From positions 1,240,001 to 1,304,000 of the forward strand of contig OZ251238.1 of assembly GCA_965240325.2 (NCBI GenBank): 64,000 nucleotides of DNA, read 5' to 3'. Numbering within the stretch: position 1 is the stretch's first letter; the number at the start of each line of letters is the position of its first letter. The notes below the pieces were generated by a model that worked only from the letters and a program-made list of their open reading frames with translations, did not search any database and had not been told where the DNA came from. The position numbers were made by a program, and so were the translations under genes. Origin of the DNA: Rebecca billardiae RCC1528 (lineage: Eukaryota; Protista; Haptophyta). Below, piece after piece: positions 56,851 to 64,000 of the stretch.

Positions 56851-58737
56851 CTCGTCGTCGTCGTCGTTGTCGCTGTGCTCGCGCGCGAGCGCGTCGCCCA
56901 CGTCCGACGGCGCGCCGACCACGCCGAGCAGGCGCAGGCACGCCGCGGCGGCGGAGGCGGCGCGCGCGTCCGCGCCGTCCGCGCGCGCCGCCCAGCCGCG
57001 CAGCGCGGCCACCAGCGGCGCACTGCGCACGCGGCACGGCGCGTGCGCGGCCGCGGCGCGCAGCAGCGCGCCGCCCGCGTCCGACGCGCCCGTGCCCGCC
57101 CCGAGCGCTCGCACGGCGGCGCGCGCGCACTCGCGCGCGAGCGCCGCGCGCGCTGCCGGGCCGAGCGCGCGCGCCGGCGCCACCGCCGCCGCCGCCTCCG
57201 CCGCCTCCGCCGCCTCCGCCGCCACGCCCGCGCGCGCGGCCGCGGCCGCGGGCGCGGGCGCGGGCGCGGGGCACGCGGCCGCGGGCACGAGCGCGGCCAG
57301 CAGCTCACAGAGCGAGGCGCGCACGCCGCGGTTGGGGTGCTCGCGCGCGCCGTCGGCGGCGCGCGCGGCGAGCGCGGCGCCGCCGCCCGCGCGCACCAGC
57401 GCCTCCGCCCACGCCACCGCCTCCGCGCGCGCGCAGCCCGCGCGCGCGCGCGCGAGGCCGGCGAGCGCGCGCGCGGCGCCCTGCTGCGCGCGGAAGGGCA
57501 AGGCGGAGGCGGAGGGGGGCGCGGCCGGCGCGCCCTCCGGCGCGGCGGACGGCGGCGCGTGCGCGAGCGCGGCGCAGAGCGCGCGCGGCAGCGCGCCCGC
57601 GTGCGCCGCCCATGCGCGCGCGCGCGCGCCGGGTGGCAGCGCGCGCAGCTCGAGCACCGCCGACAGCGCCGCCGCGCACGCGCCGCCGGGGCCGCGCGCG
57701 CGCGCGCCGCCGCGCGAGCGCGCGCCGCCCAGCGGCGCCGGGCTCGCCGCCGCCGCGCCGTGCGCGTCGGCGTCGTCGGCGTCGGCGCGCGCGCGTGCGG
57801 CGGCGTCGATCGTGGACGCGAGGAGGCGGAGCACGTCCCATGCCCACGCCGGAGGCTCCGCCGCCGCCGCCTCCAACCCGCCGCCTCCGCCGCCGAGCTC
57901 GGCGGCGGCGCTCGCGGCGGCGGCGGCGCCGCCGCCGCCGCCGCCGTCGGCCGCGGGCGCGTCGCGCGCGCACCACAGGCGGCACAGCGCGGCGGCGGCG
58001 GCGAGCGCGTCCTCGGACGGCGCGCCGGCGCCGCCGTGCGCGCTCGCGCGCGCCAGCGCACCGCGCACCAGCCCCGCCAGCGCGCCCTCGACGCCCGCCT
58101 CGCGCAGCGCGGCCGCGCAGCCGTCGCAGCGCGCGAGCGCAGACGCGAGCGCAGCGCCCTCGGCCGAGGCGGCGCGCGGCGGCGGCTCGGCGCCGGCGGG
58201 GTGGGCGCGCGGGCTGCGCGCGGGCGCGCCGGCGGGCGCGTCGCTCTGCTGCGCGAGCAGCGTGCGCGCCGTGCCCGCGAGCTCCGCGCACAGCTCGCGC
58301 GCGCAGCGCCGGGCCGCCGCCTCGGCCTCGGCCCGGGCCGCGGCCTCGGCCGCGGCCGGCGCGGCCGCGCCGGCGCGCGCGGCCGCGCTCGCGTCGCGCG
58401 CGCCGCCGAGCGCGAGTGCGAGCTGGCACCAGACGGCCGCGTCGGCGCGGCTCGGCGCGCACCCGGCGGGCACGAGCCAGCGGTGCACCCCGCGCTCGCA
58501 CAGCGCCACCGCCTGCGCCGCGCTGCAGCTGCCGACGAGCGCGCGCAGTACGGACAGCGCGCACACGCGCAGCGCGCCGGGCGCGCAACCGCCGCCGCCG
58601 CCGTTGCCGCCGCCCGCGCCGCCGCCGCCGGGGAGGACGAGCGGCCTGAGCGCGCACAGCGTGCCGTCGAGGTCGGCGAACGCCACCTCGCGCACCGCCT
58701 CGAACAGCCGCGAGCCCGCCGTCGCCCCGCCCCGCCC

Positions 58738-58786
<49 letters not shown>

Positions 58787-59364
58787 GGTGCCAGGGGCGC
58801 GGGCAGAGGCGCGGCGCGCTGCCCGTCCACGGCGAGCGCTTGCTCGAGGAGGAGGCCGAGGGTGAGCACGGCGTTGGCGCGCACGACGTGCGAGCCGACG
58901 CGGCGCATGCTCGCCGCGAGCACGCGCACGCTCGGCTCGTGCTCCGCGAGCGCGAGCGCGAGGCGCGGCGCGAGCGCGAGCACGGCCACCGCGCTCGACG
59001 CTCGCACCGCGACCGTGTCTGCGGCGCGCGCGGTGTCGCCGAGGAGCACGGGCAGCAGCCGGCCGTCGAGCGCGCGGGTGAAGGCGTCGATCACGCTCGC
59101 GCCCGCGCGCAGCCGCACCGTGAGCCACGAGAAGCGCTCGAGGTGCTCGGCGGCGTGCGCGCGCTGCCCGCGCGCCGCCAGCTGCGCGGCCGCGCGCAGC
59201 AGCGCGGCGGCCTCCTGCGCGTGCATGCCGGGGAACGTGCCGCCGTGCGTGCTCGACGCCTCGCGCTCGAGCGCGCAGCGGCAGCGGAACGCGCCGGCGA
59301 CGCCGCCCACGCCGCACGCGCGGCAGCTCTCACCCGCCACCTCCGCCGCAAGGCCGGGCGCCAT
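55480..59364 (-). CDS. Large Ala-rich helical (ARM-like) protein with C-terminal BTB/POZ domain, ~1294 aa
   Basis: BTB motifs 'ADVLL...VPAHRRVLSALCPYFALMF' and 'LLRFVYGG', followed by BACK-like helices. Confidence 0.72.
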
Positions 59365-59474
59365 GGCACAGATTCTCGCGCGAGAAGCGTGGCACTGTGA
59401 CTGAGTCTCCTGGTCGCGGCGTCGTAGGTCGTTGGCCAACCAAACTCGACGACGAGCGATTTGGGTCGCCTGCC

Positions 59475-60098
59475 ATGGCTCTGGGCAGGGCGGCGGCGTG
59501 GAAGCCCTGGCACAGCCACCTGGGTCACAAGCCGGAGTGGTGGGCAACGCGTGCCGCTCTGCCAGGAGGGGGCGGCCCCGCCACGCAGCCGGCGGCCTCG
59601 ACGGCGGCGCGCTCGGCGGCGCGCGGCCGGCGCGCGTGCCCGATGCCCGCCCCGAACGCCCCGCCGCCCGCCGCGCCCGCCTCCGGCCTCGACACGCTCA
59701 ACCGCCGGCTGGTGGGCATGGGGTACGACATGCACGCGGTGTGCGCGGTGCTCGAGGGGCTCGAGCTGGGCAGCACGATCTTCAACTACACGGACGAGGA
59801 CCTGGGGCGCGCGGTGCAGGCGCTTGACGAGCACGCCGCGCCGCACGCCGCACCTCGCGAGCGCGCGCCCCGCGCACACCACGCCGCCGCGCCGCCGCCG
59901 CCGCCGCCGCCGCGCGCGGCGCTGCCGCACCTGCGGGACAAACTCGCCGAGCTCGGCTGCGAGGCGGAGGCGGCGGAGCGCGCGGTGAGGATCCTGGAGC
60001 TGCGCAGCCCGCACGAGTACACGGAGGAGGACGTGGTCCGCGCGTTCGAGTTTGTGCAGGCCCTGCGCGCCGCGGACGCGGCGGACGACGCGGCGGCC

Positions 60099-60136
<38 letters not shown>

Positions 60137-61553
60137 CGAGCCGCGGCTGCAGACGCTGAACGCGGTGCTCGTGTCGTACGGGTACAGCGCGGACGACGTG
60201 TACGACGCGCTCAGCGCCATGGGCCACCGCAACCCGTTCGCGTACTCGGACGCAGACGTGGAGGCGGCGGTGCAGCAGCTGCAGCGCATGCGCGCCGCGG
60301 GCGCGCGCCCGCCCGGGCTGGGCGGCGGGTCGGGCGCGCCGCCGGCGGAGCCCGCGGCGGCTCATCGCGGCGCCCCCGCGCCCCCCGCCGCCCCCGCCGC
60401 GCCGCCGAGCCTCGCCTCCACCCTCGTCGAGCTCGGCTTCAGCGCCGCGCGCGCCGAGGAGGCGGTGGGCGCGCTCGGCCTGCCGGGCGCGGGCTGCGCG
60501 TGGGAGCACGAGCAGCTGAACGCGGCCGTGTCCTTCCTCACCGCGTCGCCCGCGCTGCGCACGGCGGGCTCGGCGACGCCGCCGCGCGCGGGCTTCGACG
60601 GCCTCGGCCCCGCCGCCCTCGACCCCGCCCACCACCCGCTCGCCCCCGAGCCGCTGCCGCCCTCCCCGCCGCTCGAGCCGCAGAGCGCGCGCGCCGCCCG
60701 GCTGTACGAGCCGGCGGGCGCGATGGGCAGCGGCGCGCAGAGCGACCACGACCTCTCGCTCTCGCTCTCGCTCGCGTTCGACCTGCAGGAGCGGGAGGAG
60801 GCGGAGCGGAGGCGAGAGGAGGAGGAGCGGGACGCCGAGGCGGCGCGCCGGCTGCAGCAGGAGGAGAGCGAGGCCGAGGCGCAGCGCCTCCTCAGCCAGC
60901 GCCGCGCGCGCGAGCTCGAGCTCGCCGCGCAGTTTCGGCTGCCCCCGCACTCGGAGCTGACCGCGGGCGCCGACGACTCGCTGTTCGACGGCGAGCCCGT
61001 GCGGCGGGGGGCGGCGTCGGGCGGGGCGCACGCGACGGCGCACGCGCCGCACCCGCGCCCGCTCCCCGCGCCCCGCGCGCCGCACCCGCCCGCGCGGCCC
61101 AACGCCGACGCGGGCGTCGTCGTGATCGATGGCGCCAACGTCGGGTTTGCGTACGCGGACGCGCGCGGCTCGCGCGCCGCGCGCGGCGTGCCCGACTTTG
61201 CGGGCGTGCGCATCGTCGCGGAGTGGCTGCGGCAGAAGGGGTGGGAGCCGCAGGCGGTGATCCACGAGCAGTGGGACGGGTACAAGCGCGAGCAGCTCAG
61301 CGAGGACTCCCGCCAGGCCATCCGCTGGCTGCGCGAGCAGCGCATCCTCGCCATCACGCCCGCGCGCGTCGACGACGACCGCTTTGCGCTGCGGATCGCG
61401 TACGACCGCAACGGCTACATCGTGACCAACGACAACTACGACGTGCACGTGCAGGCCAAGCTGATCAGCGCGGAGTTCGTGCGCAAGCGCTGCTGCAAGT
61501 ACGCCTTCGTCGGCGAGAGCTTCTACCCGGAGATGGGCTCGCCGCTCGGCTGA
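59475..61553 (+). CDS. Zc3h12a/Regnase-like PIN (NYN) ribonuclease with four UBA-like repeats and MIU-like helices
   Basis: C-terminal 'VVIDGANVG', 'DDDRFAL' and 'GYIVTNDNY'. Four repeats of pattern LxxxG(Y/F/C)....A. Start at 59475 or 59643. Confidence 0.8.
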
Positions 61554-62618
61554 CGCGCGCGCGGCAGCGAGCGGCGGCGAGCGGCGGCGAGCGGCGGCGT
61601 AACGGCAGGCCGCGGCTGGGCGTCGGGCCAGGCGACATCCGCGGCTGCAGCTGCTGCTCACGCGAGCGGGGTTTGGGTCGACTCTGTGCGCAGCTCTCGG
61701 GCGCTGCACGCCCACGATGAGGGCGGCGCGCAGCGGCGCCTTGTGCCGGGCCAGACTGGCGGCAGCCGGACGGCCCGATGGCCTCCGCTCCCCGACGCGG
61801 CCGACGACGCAGGCGCAACTGCGGCGGTGGCGGGCGCAGGCTCGGAGCTGCGGCCCCGACGATACCACGAAGACGTCACCCCGCACACGACGCACGGATG
61901 GATCATCGTCGCGGCGCTTTGGAGTCATGCAAAGTCCACGGCCGCATGCACGTCGGACCGCGGCGGTACGGATTGAGACTACTGAGAGACTGCGCGTCTC
62001 ACGCCTGCGGCGCGGCCTGCGGCACTGCTGGCAGCTGCCTGAGCTGGTGCTGATGGCACCACCCTCAGTCTGACCCTCGAGGCGTTTCTGATACAGTCGA
62101 CGATCGTAGTATATATTATATTATTACGTCGTCGCATCAGTGACTATCCGCGAGAGTTGACACCAGCATATGACTATCTGACAAAGGCGGGCATCATCAA
62201 GCCTGGCAGCGGTGGCCGTGGGGGCCGGTGGCAGCAGCCTGGCAGCGCAGCGGCCGCAGGCGCAGCGCGCGAGCGCGGGCGCCGTAGACGTAGTCGCCGA
62301 TATATAGCGCGACGACACCGCTGCCTGCAGTGTCGTCGTGCGGCATCAGGCTTCGGCCGCCGCCATCATCAGCGACCGGGTGATCCGAACCGCCCGACGG
62401 CGACGACGTTCTCATCGCCAGTTGCTGATGCTCGCGACAGCACGCACGGCTGTCACACGCGCGGATGAGCAAGCATTGAGCCGGTCGTCACTCCGTCGTG
62501 TGCAGTCATTCGCCGGCCTGACAGGGCGGCGTCAGCGTGCGCAGGCCATCCAACCCACCTTGATGGTCATAGCCCTCGCGCCTGCCACTCGTAGTCGCGA
62601 CTGTGCCGCGAGGCGCGC

Positions 62619-62870
62619 TCACATCGCCGCCAGCTCGAGCTTGGCCCTCTCGAGCGCGTGCAGCAGGGTGAAGAACTGGCTCAGCTCGAGCTCGACCACG
62701 TGCTCCTGCAGCGCCGCGGGGTCGTCCGCCGACGGTGCGCCCTCTGCGACGAGTCTTAAGCGGACGTACGTCGCGCCACTCACCTGCAGTTCCGAGGTGC
62801 TCGCCGTCACGCCGAACGCGTACTCCATGTCTACAAGGCGCGCTCGCGCCGAAGACGCCGGCACCGCCAT
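62619..62870 (-). CDS. COMM-domain protein (COMMD7-like domain only, 83 aa)
   Basis: 'LVDMEYAFGVTASTSELQVSGATYVRLRL...VELELSQFFTLLHALERAK' matches the COMMD7-type COMM domain. The longer ORF upstream reads into a transposon arm. Confidence 0.75.
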   Translation of the reverse strand: MAVPASSARARLVDMEYAFGVTASTSELQVSGATYVRLRLVAEGAPSADDPAALQEHVVELELSQFFTLLHALERAKLELAAM

Positions 62871-62923
62871 GCTGGGCGTGCCAACTTCTCTTCCGCTCCC
62901 GCACGCGCTGCAGCCTGCAGGCC

Positions 62924-64000
62924 CAAGGGGAGTCAGGGTACAGCACGTCCAGTTGGGCTGCAGCTGGAGCTTGGGTCCAAAAGCTTCCCGCGGCGCAGCG
63001 GCACTCGCCGCCGCCGCCGCCGTCGAGGGGCGGTTGTGGCGCGCACGGCGTGAGCCGCTGCGGGCGCTGAGGTGCGCGCGACGGCGGCGCGCCCGGCGGC
63101 GCTGCTGTAGGAGGCCTCTGCCCTCCTCTCTGCCCCGCGCGCTTCGCTCGTCGTCGCCGTCTCCGCGCCTGCGACTCAGCGCGCACGCGAGCGCCGCACC
63201 GCCCGGCCGCCGGGGCAATCTCAGCCGTGACTGCGCATGTGCGTCGCGACCTGGTCGGCCCAGCGCGCGAGGCGCGTGTGGGCGAGGTAGGGCCAGTATG
63301 GGCGCGCGCCATGCCGCCTCTAGTAACCATCAGAGCGTACATCAGGAGACTGAGCACGCGTGTCTGGTTGGCCGCTTGGACTGTGTTCAAGCAATGCACG
63401 GGCCATCGTCGAGGCGATTTCGAGGCACTCAGTCAAAACGTCAGTTCCGCGCGCAGACGACCTGGACGAGAGCCACTGACGATGTATGTTTCGAACGATC
63501 ACAAAAGGCTCTGCAACTATGGCGTCTGTACGCCTACTGCCTCGATCGTGCACACTGACGTCTGCGCTTGGGTGCCACATGTTTGTCAACGTTGTCGACA
63601 GAGGTGCAAGGCCCGCGACATGCCCACCGGCGCAAGGTCGAGGCGGCATGGCGCGCGCCCATACTGGCCCTACCTCGCCCACACGCGCCTCGCGCGCTGG
63701 GCCGACCAGGTCGCGACGCACATGCGCAGTCACGGCTGAGATTGCCCCGGCGGCCGGGCGGTGCCGCGCTCGCGTGCGCGCTGAGTCGCAGGCGCGGAGA
63801 CGGCGACGACGAGCGAAGCGCGCGGGGCAGAGAGGAGGGCAGTGGCCTCCTACAGCAGCGCCGCCGGGCGCGCCGCCGTCGCGCGCACCTCAGCGCCCGC
63901 AGCGGCTCACGCCGTGCGCGCCACAACCGCCCCTCGACGGCGGCGGCGGCGGCGAGTGCCGCTGCGCCGCGGGAAGCTTTTGGACCCAAGCTCCAGCTGC
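62924..64000. mobile_element. Foldback-type non-autonomous transposon, second subfamily; right end just beyond the window
   Basis: Left arm 62924-63320 (397 bp, starts caaggggagtcagggt), spacer 63321-63639, near-identical inverted arm from 63640 to the window end. Confidence 0.85.

Overview
Very GC-rich eukaryotic nuclear DNA with short, extremely GC-rich GT-AG introns and (TA)n runs between genes. Two proteins carry signal-plus-transit presequences and one Ufd1 homologue carries a signal peptide. Together these suggest an alga with a complex red-derived plastid, probably a haptophyte such as Pavlovales (inference). About 18 protein genes are supportable: MFS transporter (3' part), CWC21, sulfotransferase-like, Ycf29-type response regulator, Ufd1-like, CFAP97-domain, membrane matrixin, a hypothetical protein, CAMK kinase, a ~2714-aa tandem double Shaker/CNBD/ankyrin channel, TTLL12-like, XK-related, TPR-DnaJ, Adp1-type ABCG, a thylakoid-lumen protein, an Ala-rich BTB protein, a UBA-repeat/PIN RNase and a COMM-domain-only protein. 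The intergenic DNA is dense in non-autonomous mobile elements. These include a hAT-like element (8-bp TSD), a P/Galileo-like foldback family (~398-bp arms, CAAGGG ends, 7-bp TSD), a Mutator-like element (9-bp TSD), MITEs, a pogo-like transposase relic and a 5'-truncated repeat with a palindromic end. The least explained structure is 43451-44215: units bounded by tRNA-like inverted ends and joined end to end through 80-84-bp perfect palindromes with no target duplication. Most long ORFs in the supplied track are GC-rich shadow frames. All family calls are by-eye motif recognition, not database searches.
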